A stretch of 64,000 nucleotides of DNA from Albugo candida (Eukaryota): positions 1-64,000 of the forward strand of contig JBDOQK010000017.1 of assembly GCA_040437565.1 (NCBI GenBank), read 5' to 3'. This document shows, piece by piece, positions 12,135 to 23,632 of this stretch. Positions within the stretch are counted from its first letter, which is position 1, and each line of letters opens with the position of its first letter. The translations under genes were made by a program, and so were the position numbers. The notes below the pieces were generated by a model. The model saw only the letters and a program-made list of their open reading frames with translations. It did not search any database and had not been told where the DNA came from.

Positions 12135-14400
12135 TCATAAGGTAACCAAGAAAAAAGCGCTTAAACACCTGGAAACACAACGACATGCCTGCAGAAATTG
12201 ATCGTTGACGCGTAGACTTCGATGCGATTTTCTTCTTCCGTCTTTCTTGCTCAACTTCTCCGCCTCAACTCCATTCTTGCTCTTTCTATACATTTCTATG
12301 TATCGCCAGGATGTTTGATCGTGTTTCCGAATCTCCTCCATGTACAATCCATCGTGGATACCAGGGAGGCTCTCCCAAAGCCAGATGAAATTCTAATATC
12401 ATTGGCCCCGCGCTTTTTTTCTTGGCGGCTCCCATGTACTTTTCGATGAAGTTGCACTGACAGTAGAATTGGAGTTATATTCAATTATATGCCATGCCAT
12501 CTTTACCTCCATCTCCAGCCTGTTTAGCAAAATCGGCCCGAGCCATCAAGGCATGCCTCCAGCAGGAGTCATTTGCTGGAGCAAATGCCTTGCGTGGAAA
12601 TACAGATTCGAATTTACGTTGGGAGGAGGTCCGATCACTCTTCCTTTAACACTTGTGAAAGACCATCGTCAGTGGTGAGATCTCATCCGAGATATCTTGA
12701 GAGCACAGAGTAGAGAGCTTACCATCTCGATGCCCTAAAAGTAAACCTCTTCATTTTGGGTAAACAAGATGGATTGCCAGATGTTTTGTTAATTGATGAT
12801 GTTTCAGTCATCTCTGTACTGGTATGTTTTCTCCTTCTTGGGCTCCCAGATTCATCCTGGCATCCACCAGAGCATTGAGAGTAAAAGCCTGATGGTTGCA
12901 AAATTGGTCGAAAGAAAACAGTCCTGGGAAAGAAAATCAATCTTCGGTTCCAACTAGAAATGTGAAACAAGAAATTTGAAAAAAAATCCCTACATCCTGG
13001 ATGAAGAATGTTGAAAATGGGGATGGCCTTCTCATTGGGTTGCCTCATCATGTCTTTACTTTTCCACCAACGATCTCTGTTCTTGCCTTCCTTGCTGATC
13101 CCTCTGGATGATGTAGAACTGAGAACATTCTCCCTCGCCTGCTGATCAGTGACTTTCATGGGCCCAAGGCACGGGCACAGAAATTTACTGATCGTGATTC
13201 ACCCTCCTGGTTTTTCTCTTCCTAATCAAACAGTCATTTTATTCTACCCAGAACTCCTCTCTTCCATCGTTGATGTAGAAGGTAGATCCATCATGCGTCA
13301 CATGTACATGCTTGCTGTCCCGCTCTTCCACCTTGTCCTCTACCATCACATCCATCTTCTCTCCAGTCAACTCATCCATCTCTTTTTCGTACTTTGTCAT
13401 CCTCTTCGACCAACCCTCTCTATACTTCACCAGATCCTCCATCCCATGACCGTCCATATACAGCTTCTTTTCCCTTTTCATTTTTTGAATCTTCAGATCT
13501 TCAGGTACTTGACCATTGTCAAGTTGATGGTCCTATTTTCCTTCTCTCCCAGAACATTCGGGAAAACGCTGTTTGAAGGACCATTTGGAGCTCTTTGGGC
13601 GATCTTTCATTGAGCTTCCCTCCCCCTCATCCATGAAAGACACTCCCTCTTGATATCAAAATCTCTTTCTTTTTTGAATGCTATCCTGGTGTATTAGAAG
13701 GGCTTTGCTGACCAAGAACCGATCTGCCTAAAGCAGAACGTTTCTGCAGGCCCGTCATGACGTCTTGTGCAGTTTATCGTCGGATGCAGCAGCTGACGCT
13801 CCTTTCTTTCTCATACCCGGGAAAAGCCGTCCTTCAAGATAATGAAGGATGGCCATAAGTCTTCAAAGAAGGTGGAAATTTTTCGCATCCGCTTTTCTCG
13901 TTATGTAGGCATTTCATCCCTTCCTTTTTACCGTTCATTTTTGCTTCTTCCATTTTGTCTTCTTTTTCTCCCTTTTTTCCCTACTGCTCACTACTCTAAT
14001 ATTTTGATTCAATGGAAAGCTTCTTTCTGTTAGTTGTTGATTGCCGCTGACCTGCTGTTTTGAAGTAGATGCCCAGCCTCCGCAGGTAGTTCTCCTTCAC
14101 ATACTTCTCCTTCACTCAGTAGTCATTGAGTTCTCCTCCAAGGTATGTAATAGGTTGGAGGGGAAATAATGTTTTTGCAAAACGATGCCGGCTCACTTTT
14201 ATAGGTAGAAGGTCTCTTCTTCTTCCCTTTCTTTCCTTCTCCAGTTGAGCCTGGACAGTAGCGATTCTCTTTTGTAGTTGAGCTGTGCTTGTTTTCATCC
14301 ATTTTTCTTCCTCTTCACCTTCCTCTTCCTCCTCTCCGCTACAGTTTGGCATGAAGCTCTGACAGTCGAGATCCTATGACGGCTCCACCTTTTTCTGCTG
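12135..14400 (-). mobile_element. Degenerate IS630/Tc1-like DDE transposase with long D-E spacer
   Basis: YMDGH..EDLVKYR, VTHDGSTFYINDG, GKNRDRWW, AIPIFNILHPG, FHISS, PDF, FYCQCNFIEKYMGAAKKKAR, WRYIEMYR; frameshifted. Confidence 0.75.
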
Positions 14401-14600
14401 TTGCTTCTATGCCTGAAATGCCTCTTCTTGTTGTTGGCTTGGTTCAGGTTGCTAACAGGGCCAACCTTCTTTTATTGGGAGGAGCCAATATAAAATAATG
14501 TTGAGCTTTTTTTATCGAGATCTCTCTTTTGATGGTTTAATTCGATAATACGCGCAGATCCTTACCAACTTTGATAAGATTTACATTCTTATATTTAAAA

Positions 14601-16394
14601 AGGGAGCTGCTATCCGGACCCCCCCCCCTCAACTCACATACTTGTGTTTACTGTGATAAACTCTAATCATATGCATTTCCTACGTATCCCGTCCACATAC
14701 AAACTACAACATCGCACTCTATTTCAAACAGCACGGTCGTGCAATGACGTCATAGTGACAGACAGTCGCCCGTGGTTGAACTATTTTAATGTCGCGTGGA
14801 CCACAAATCGACCATATATCAACAGGATGACGTTAAGGTGGAGAAATGGCCGTAGTCATGTAGCACATATGTGTTGTATAGGGTAAGGGGTGTCGCGTTA
14901 TAAATGCGCCGCGCAATAATATAATTTTTTAACCTACATAAGGGGGGGGGGTTATTAGAATAACGGATTCTACCATTCAAACACCCTGTGCGGATAGAAA
15001 AAGCCATATCGATTCAAGTAAGATTTCTACGAACGATCGAGAATGTGGGAAGGAATAAAAACCGTGCTAATCAGAATGCCACGGTACCTCGCGCAGTCAT
15101 CGACCGGATCAAGAAAAAGTTCCCAAATGCGCCCAACTGTTCAGCCACCTACTTTCAGAAAAATCTTCTGTGGATCGTCTCGACTTCTCAGGTGCGATAC
15201 TGGTAAAAGAAGCGCGACGAGATTCTTGCCACCTCGGCGAACCAGTTGCGACTCAAGGTTGGTGTTTCTAAGGCTTAACTGAAGTCCATCGAGCACACCT
15301 TATTCGAATTCATTATGCAGCGATGTTAGCTCAATCTTAAGGTTTCCCGCCAGTGGAATCAAGTGACTGATTGCCACCTCGCCCATGCAGAGGACCACGA
15401 AAATTTTGTTGCACTGGACAAATGTGTCAGCCTCTTCATGGGCCGCTTTGACCTCACGCTGACGCGAATGACGAATTTGACGATACTGTCGTGTCGGACA
15501 TTGAACTCGTCTCGCACGCAATCAATTACATTGTCTACCTCTCCACGCATCGCCTAGCGTTTCATCCATCGCGTACAATATTGATGGACGAGATTGCTGT
15601 GTTCTTCGAGGATCCGCGTTTGGTGACTGTTGACGTTATTGGGGCCAGACATGTCGTGCTCATGTTAGCAGGGTTTGTTTGAATGCAATTCATTGTGATC
15701 TCGCAGTCCCAGCTTCCGGTAAGAAACTCGTTCTGATGGTCATTTGGAAGGGAGAGGACGGTGGTAAATTGGAGCGCGAAGGCAACTTGTACGTGGAGTT
15801 GCAAGGGAAGGCGTGGGTGAATAGTCTTTTACTCAGGTGGTTGGAGTTTTCGTTCCTCACCGTGTTCGACGCCAACCACCAGGTCAAAAGGTCTTCGTGG
15901 GGGACTCAATGCGTGCTCATATCGCAAAGGTTGTAAAGGCTAGATGCGCCGTGAAGAGAATCCTACCGGTGGTGACCCCTGGTGGACCAACACCGTACCT
16001 CCAGGCTGGCGATATTGGCATATAAAAATCATTCAGGGATCATATATCTCCTGTGATCGACGCTTTCCAAGCGTCCGACCAAGTTGAGTACATGAGAGCG
16101 GGGAACCCAGAGTCACCGGACAGTGGCACATTTGTCGCCATGATCTCTATGGCACGCTATTTCATGAGCAATAGCTTGTCCGTGATCAGGACATCGAGTC
16201 GATTAATGTACTTGCTTACAAATTTGTTAATAACTTTGATGAGCTGGTCGTCGATGATGATACGGAATGAAAACCGCTATAAATACAAACCTTTTTGGTG
16301 GAGGGACTTTTATCGGAATAGTAAAGCTTCTTTTTTTGGTATAATCCGTTATATAAAACATATAGAAGGAGGGGTGTCCAGATAGCATCTCCCT
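14601..16394 (+). mobile_element. TIR DNA transposon carrying a decayed pogo-like (DDE_1) transposase
   Basis: LMDEIAVFF, ASGKKL..VIWKG, KAWVN, DSMRAH, PGGPTPYLQAGDIG at 15580-16020; inverted ends AGGGAGCTGCTATCCGGAC (14601) / GTCCAGATAGCATCTCCCT (16394); inner IR 14960-14975 / 16337-16352. Confidence 0.85.
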
Positions 16395-16419
16395 TTAAAA
16401 ATTAACTTGACAAAATGTT

Positions 16420-17500
16420 TTAAATAATTTGAATAAAAAAATTCGAATTTAGATATACACATTCGAAACAAAGCTTTGGTCTGAGAGACTGGAGAATACA
16501 CGGGTGGGAGCGGGATCTGTGCTGAATTCACAAAACTCCTTGGATTTGTTTAGAAATGTTTTGCCCGAAATTCAAACAAATAAAACATTGTTGCTTTTTG
16601 GGGAGTTGCACCATACCAATATAATGCAGCATTTCTGGTTTTTAGGAAGCTTGTTCTCTGCATTCATAAATGCTGAATGAAGTATAGACTTTACTTGCTT
16701 ATGGTGCTCGCTAAGGCACCACTCTTTGATNNNNNNNNNNNNNNNNNNNNNNNNNNNNNNNNNNNNNNNNNNNNNNNNNNNNNNNNNNNNNNNNNNNNNN
16801 NNNNNNNNNNNNNNNNNNNNNNNNNNNNNNTACTTGCTTATGGTGCTCGCTAAGGCACCACTCTTTGATACGCTGTGTCTAGACCGCAAATGAAGTGTAT
16901 AAATCGTTCGCCGACCTTCTTTAAGGGTTTGAGTAAATTCTGAGCGATTTGCTATGAAGCAGCTAGCAATTTAATCTTATCGCAGATAGATTCTATCATC
17001 TTCAAGTTAGATTGTAATCAACGTAGACGAAATCCCCCAGACATCTGCATATTCAAGTTCCTGTCATATAAAATTCGAGCCAAGTATTTTATGGCAAAGA
17101 TATTTGAGCGCAGACTACTAATATTGTAAACATATGATTTGGGCTGTGGACTTCTTCTTATTTGGGATCTCCATCTTTTCAGACGAATGAAGAAGAAACA
17201 TTGACCTTAGGATTCGCGAAGAAATCTTTTATACTCCATCTTCATCATTTGGTATAATATGCATGAAACTATCAATTCTCTTCGAAAATCAAAAATTGCG
17301 TCATTCGAATGCCAGGCACTTAAATTTCAGTCGTTTGGAAACAATTAAAAAGTTTCACATGGATGTGCTGATCACACATGGTTCTAAATCTATCTGATCG
17401 AATAAGTTGTGGTGTGGAACTTCTTTGTTTCGGTATCAGCTCGATATGTTGGACAACAACTATCTGTAGCAGAAACGGACGATAATTGTGTGAGTTTTTC
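16420..17500 (-). mobile_element. Tc1/IS630-type transposase remnant
   Basis: LPPVYSP..(FRMCISK) resembles LPxYSPxLNPIE; FVYVD near 17030. Confidence 0.5.
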
Positions 17501-18099
17501 ATTCAAATCACCGATTATAAAAATAATTCAAGAGAGGCCGGGTCTCGAATCGTCGGATTTCTTCCAGCAGTGTACTTCCAGGAGTGATAATAAAAAAGGG
17601 GAATCGTCAATCTCCCCTCAGATTTTGTTTACAACCCTTCCGTTTGATAGGATTGCCTAATGCTCAATGTGCTTGCATAGTGCTAATGTACGCCTAGGGA
17701 CAGTATGACAGAACTGCCCGCTGCTTTTTCAACTTCCGCTATCTTGGGCTCAAAAATGGCAATCATTCAGTTCATTTCTCGTTCGCGTTTATTCTTTTCT
17801 GATAATTCTCAATAGACTATTTCACAATTCATGGTTTGTTCACGAAACAAAAATATTCTATTCTGTAAGATGAGTCCTAATATTTCGCTTTTACGTGCCA
17901 TATATGACAGAAAATCCTTTAACTTTTCTAAATTGGGTCCTTATGGTCCTGTAGATTCTGCTGTTGCACTTCCACATCTTCATGCGTTGCTTCTTACCCT
18001 CGTGCAACGACCACATCTTCTTTGCATCAATGCATCAAAGGCTGCTACAATGCACTCAAGTTCCGGAGAATTTCGTTGTGTCAATGGTGAGATAGCTGA

Positions 18100-19760
18100 T
18101 TCCTTCGAGTCGGTTCAAATGGCCTCCCACGCACTTGCGCAGATACTTGTCCAAGTACAGCACTTTCAGCAGCCGTAGCGCCGACTATGGTGTCTAGCAA
18201 CGGCGTTTCCTATGCTAAGAAGACTCATTTGTATACGATTCCACTACCGCTTGTGACGCACTCGACCTAATTACCGGATTAGAGGTACTGCTCCTACCCT
18301 TGCGCGCTGATTGATCTAAAACCAGCAATGCGTATTAAAATTGGCCATCCTTAGTTATTAAATAATTAACTTGTTTGCTTCGCTCAATCTAATTGACACA
18401 TCCGTTCAAGTTTTCATACCTAAAGGTTCTTTCCCCGCAAATGAGTATCATTCAGACACATATATCCCATGCTTTTCCTAAAACCGCCTTGTTCGTTCCT
18501 TTGCGTAACCCTTGCCAGATACTTCATGTGCACCCCGGTAGAGCTGCTACCGATACTGTACCTACAACAGCTGCACAAATGCGCCCAAGCTGCATGTCAC
18601 CAATAGCACGCTCCCAAGCATGTTGTTGCCTTATGCTGGCAAGCTGTTCATTACATGCCAGCTGATGCCAGTATTAACTGTCGAGAGATCAGCTTGAAAG
18701 AGATAGTAACACAATTAATTACATGATAGGCAGAGTATGTGACTTATAAGCACTGCGCCAGCAGTGTATATTTTCCTACCTGTGGACATACCAATCCATT
18801 TTTTCAAATCTGAATGGGTACTATTCACGTGCGATGTTGATGTGTGATCCTAATGGAAACACCATGCATGCACGCTTTGACAAATGTTTGCTATCATATG
18901 GTAAAGGACAATCACTTGTTTGTTGATTTAGATTCAACAATGTAAATGGGAAACTGTTACCTATAGGATAAGCCAAGTTCTTACCAGATAATGCACGGTT
19001 TGACTATTAAATAACGACGCTTTTCCTCAAGGCAAAAGATTTGTATGCTACTTCAGTAGCAAGCAGCATTCACTAACCAGTTGTGTCTTGGAGAAAACGG
19101 TCAACATTATCCTGTAATAAAAATGCTGTTCGTTTTTTCGCAAAGATGTTTTTACTGATATGCTAACGACATAACGAAGTGTATACTTTCGTAAGTGTTG
19201 CCGACGAGAGCGGTCATGCATGCAAGTTTTTCTCTTTCACACAGGTGAGTTGGTGGTAGCTCCCCCAGTCATTGAATAAGTCCTTTATCTCCTTCACTGC
19301 CCAGGAATATCCCACTGTTGTTTTCTTTTTCATAAATCAAAAAGATAGGGTGTATGTGGCGTTTGTTGAGGTTCTTCCAACCACAAGCAGTAAACGTAGA
19401 CCGTATAAAATTTTTTGTAGGTTCAATAAAGCAATATGTCACTTCCTTTGCTGAATTTGATACAAATACTGCGCGCTGACGGAACGCAATAAACGGACGG
19501 GAGATCTATAAATTTCCTGTCCTTTGCTGTACCGTGCATCTGAGATTTCAAGGGTTTTCAATTAGTGCTTGGAGCGGTGAATGGCCAGCCATTATCTTGG
19601 CTCTTTGCTAGCGACGCACATTATACACATCTTGGGCTGTCGCATGTAGGTCGGAGCTTGGGATGACTTAGAGAGGTCATAATGCAACTAGTTTGAATGC
19701 CTGCTCGTTTTAAGGCTACAATAGCCGACTTTGCCCAGCGTTAGATCCCTCCTCTTCGGA
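18100..19760 (-). mobile_element. MULE transposase remnant
   Basis: LYGLRLLLVVGRTSTNATYTLSF*FMKKKTTVGYSWAV (19300-19420) matches the MULE catalytic region Y.LPL...VG.T..N.T...FAF...E...Y.WA. Confidence 0.7.
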
Positions 19761-19873
19761 TGAGCAGAACGGTGGTCAAAGGCCTTATGGTTATGATTTG
19801 CACAAAGAACAGTAATCTACCACCCAGCTTGTTCGGTTCCAATTTATCGAATTATAACTGGGAATGGACTATT

Positions 19874-20452
19874 GATTGTCACAAATTTCATTACACTGTT
19901 TATCTGGTTCTTTGTATACCTTCCTTATCCTATCATGAGTCCCTTACCGTGTGAATATCGCTTAAGTCTGACTTTAAACCTAGGGAGGCAAATATTTTCA
20001 AACTTTATTGCTTGGGTGGGCTCAAACCGCTGCCCACATTGCCGGGAATCGAACTAACGAACTCCGGCAGGGGGTCCGTACCCAGCTCAGTCGGTTAAGC
20101 ACTTGAGCGCACGGACCCAACCCCGTCGGGGGTACCGGATAGTACACATGTGTTCTGACCGTGTGTACCCCGGTTCGAATCCCGACGGTGGTAAAATGGC
20201 TGCGATGGGGCCCCTCGGCGGAGGCAAAAATTCTTTCACGTAAATATCAACCTACATAACGAAGATATGGACGTGTCAAGACAGCTAGCAACTACACCAG
20301 AAAATAACTATACAGGAGTTGGCCCGGGCTCTCCAGAGCGTTACATACTAGTGATTAGAATAGAGTAGATAACTACCAAACTGAAGTAACAGAAAGGTGT
20401 CTAAATAAAACTAATACGGTCAAACACCCTTAACTGAGCTGGGTACTGACCC
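19874..20452 (-). mobile_element. tRNA-derived SINE family A, split by a second SINE (body 19874-20070, head about 20415-20452)
   Basis: Reverse complement of 19874-20070 aligns with 43812-44010; B box GTTCGATTCCC; A-box head GGGTCAGTACCCAGCTCAGTT on the minus strand from 20452. Confidence 0.75.
20071..20414 (+). mobile_element. tRNA-derived SINE family B
   Basis: A box CAGCTCAGTCGG (20083-20094), B box GGTTCGAATCCC (20172-20183), unrelated body, A-rich tail ctaaataaaactaa. Confidence 0.7.
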
Positions 20453-20912
20453 ACAATGGACTGTTGAATGTCCAGCAACGCTGCAGTTGGCTTAGAGAGA
20501 GAGCGAACCACGAAAAAAACAGCCGAAGCAGAAAGGAAAGTATTATTTGTTGCATTGTTTGGTTCAATGTTAATATTATTATTAATACTTGTAGCTTAGA
20601 ATGTGATCATTAAAACAGCCCGATCATCAAACCCTTTATGTGCATTTGATTTGCCTATTTCCAGAGGCCATAATCCAGTCGTTTATCGGTCAAATATATC
20701 GTATCCTTCCCGTTTATTGCAGAAAATCAGGTTGTTACTTTCCCAAATACCGCTCGTGCTCTAAGCACATTATTTTGGGAAGGACTCTCCAATTTTCTCA
20801 TTTTTTTTGTCAACAAAATTCTCTAAAATGCAAATAAGCGCATTCCAGCCCTTTTGTTTGCTTTGACTCATGCATAACTACGAGGTTCTACGATGTGCCG
20901 ACTTAGAAAAGG

Positions 20913-23183
20913 ATGCTACATACTAACACGAGTTCGGTATCAAGTAAATGAGAAATTTAATGTATTTCGAGCTTATGGTCCTTGCATTATCTCGCATGTC
21001 CATTACCTCTGCCCATTCTTAGGGTCGCGTTGCGCCCATTCACCTCACCAGTTGCTTTGTTTCAGGATACCTTCCCGAGATGAGCTTAGACCAGCGAGAT
21101 CCTGCCGCGTAGATCTGTCAATCGCAGCGCAGCAAATATCTTGGTAAGGAGGTCATCTCGCATGCGACTCGCAATACACTAGCTTGATTATCTTTTTCTT
21201 GCTGTAATCCTTGATGAACTTGAGATGTACAGCGATGTTTTGCTCTTCCTGCGCTGTCTTAACCTTGTATCTGCTTGATCGCGGATTGAATGTCCACATG
21301 CATCAGTATCGGCGTCGAAACGCGCACACCAATTTCGCCAAGCAATTAGTTGAGCCCTAGCAAGTCACTCGCCACCTGCGATGCAGCTACAAACTCGGCC
21401 TCCATTGAAGATAACGCCAACCTTACCTGTTTTCGACACGTCCAACCGAGAACCATACCATTCTAGTAGATAACCTCTCCACTTAGCGATTTTCGAACCG
21501 CGCGGTCTGTCACGAAATTTGCATCGCCATATCCTTCTAGAACGACTTGTTATAAACTATCGGCTTCAAGTGTTCCATTTAATTGAAACTCTAGGTCCAC
21601 GGTTCTTTTTTAGTATTGACGATTCTCATTCCCACCACCAATCGCTATGTGCACAGTTAATGCAATGTCCTGTCCTGTGCATCGAGATAATCACAGTAGG
21701 CTTTCAATGACCGATTGAGACATCTTCACAGTCGGCTGTTCTAATGTACTATAACCTTTTTTAGTAAATATCTTAACATTTTTTAAGGGAGCCGCTAACC
21801 AGCCCGCAGTTTTCGCTCACCAGCCCTCACCCTTAAATACAGCACTCTAAGCTATGATTACGACTTATGATTGGCTCAAATGAGTACCCTTATTTGAATA
21901 TATGTTCTAAGAAGCGGATTTACAATATTAAGATTGGCTAGATAGTGCTGTTGGTGCTGTTCGCATTTGCTGCACAATGACAGCAAGCTGGTCATCGCAA
22001 GCAAGGCGAACTGCTGAATCCACTGAGATTAGATCACCTGCAATAAATGAATTGTCAGGTGAATGTAAATTTAATCAGCACAAATAGCATACAATAAAAA
22101 TTACCTGCTGATACAGAGATTCACGTTTCGAGAGCAGCATGGACGCTCTCCACCCAAAATGTTGATACATGCCCATATTGGCGCTTATTGTGTAGGATAG
22201 CAAAAACCGCTCGTTGTGAACCAGCTAAGGTGTCTCAAGGTCGCTCATTGAAGCACCGAAGGTGGCATGCATTGCTGAAAATTGGGTCTGATGAGTTGAA
22301 GTGTGCATGTACTCAGACCATTCAGAGGCCCCGATTTCCATTGATTTATGAGGGTTGTTGCTGGAGAACCATTCTCCTAATTTTATGTTATTTACTCTGT
22401 TATATCTTTTTAAACCAATCCCAGGCCACCCTGATATTAATTTATGAAGGCTGGGGGCTGGTTAGCGGCTCCCTTAAATTAGATTTAATCTATTTCTGTT
22501 TTTATACGGCATCACCGTCATATGGCGGAAAATTGCGCTCGTCGTCTCCATCTTGTTCTTCCCCAATAGGTGTAGGTGCAGCATTAGCTTGCCCATACAT
22601 AGTCCGGCAAGTATTTCGCTAATGCACTGCGTTTGCTTCAGCAGATACCCATTATCTTTGGCATAAGTCACAACAATGCCCAGGAACTTTGTCACTTCAC
22701 CGAGATCCTTTACCTCAAGTACCTTGATGTCACTAAAGAATTGGTCTACGTCGTAGACCCTTTTAGCGGTTAACAAAACGTCGTCCACGTAGACGCCCGC
22801 CATCGTTATCGTTGTTGCATCACCTTTTGAGTATAAGCAAGTGTCAGTGTAGCACTGTATGAATCCAAGATTCCTAAGTGTGTCATTTAGCAACTGTGCC
22901 CACAATCGTCCACCCTGCTTCAGCCCATACAGGCTCTTTCGAAGCTTCAGCGCTACCATGGTCTTATCACTTGTGCCCAAGATCTTCAACTCGTCCTCTG
23001 ATAGCTCCATTTCCTTGGGCTCATAACCTGTTGAGTACTAGCACTAGCTCAGTATCGAGTTGATGGGAAACGAAATGTTTTTCGAGCTCATGGTCTCTGC
23101 ATTACCTCGCATATCCGTTACCTCCTCCTGTTCTTAGGGTCACGTTGTGCCCTTTCACCTCACCACTCGCTTCCTTTCCACAC
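20913..23183 (-). mobile_element. Internally deleted copia element with short LTRs (about 155 bp)
   Basis: LTR copies at about 20913-21068 and 23029-23183; PBS GGTTATGAGCCCA (23028-23016); RT LRKSLYGLKQ...YVDD (22474-23010); RNase H LSSMEAEFVAA...DLLTK (21140-21430). Confidence 0.9.
21787..22473. mobile_element. Non-autonomous TIR element (MITE) flanked by TTAA, inserted in copia RT
   Basis: Perfect 19-bp TIR GGGAGCCGCTAACCAGCCC; TTAA at 21783-21786 and 22474-22477. Confidence 0.85.
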
Positions 23184-23632
23184 AGGATCGATCGGGTAAA
23201 AATTTCACTTGCTCACTTATCACATCCTGTAGAACTACCTAACGAACAAGGGATGAAGACACACGGTTTCTATTCCAGAATCGCATCCTTAAAAGATCAA
23301 TAATACTTGATTCCACCTTGGATTGATCTTGCGTTGCTTGCTGTAATCATCGCAGACTACCTAGTTTTCAATTGGGGAAACTTTTCGTTTTGTGCGATCT
23401 ACAGGTTTGCACACTCTAAAAACCTCATGAATTATCACGGTGGAGGTCAAGTAGAAATAGCATGTTTGCACAGAAAAAATACTAGTCACGAGCAAGCTTC
23501 GCTTGAAACCAGCCAGTTTGTTGGCTACCCCATGCAGAATATCATAGCTTACAAATTGAGAAGCGATTAAAAAAATGTTGGGACCAATATTTGTGCATGA
23601 GGGAATCTTTAAATACCGTGTCATATTAAATG

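Noticed and set aside
20075..20190. Functional tRNA gene
   Set aside because: No acceptor stem or anticodon arm could be built; it is followed by a SINE body rather than a terminator
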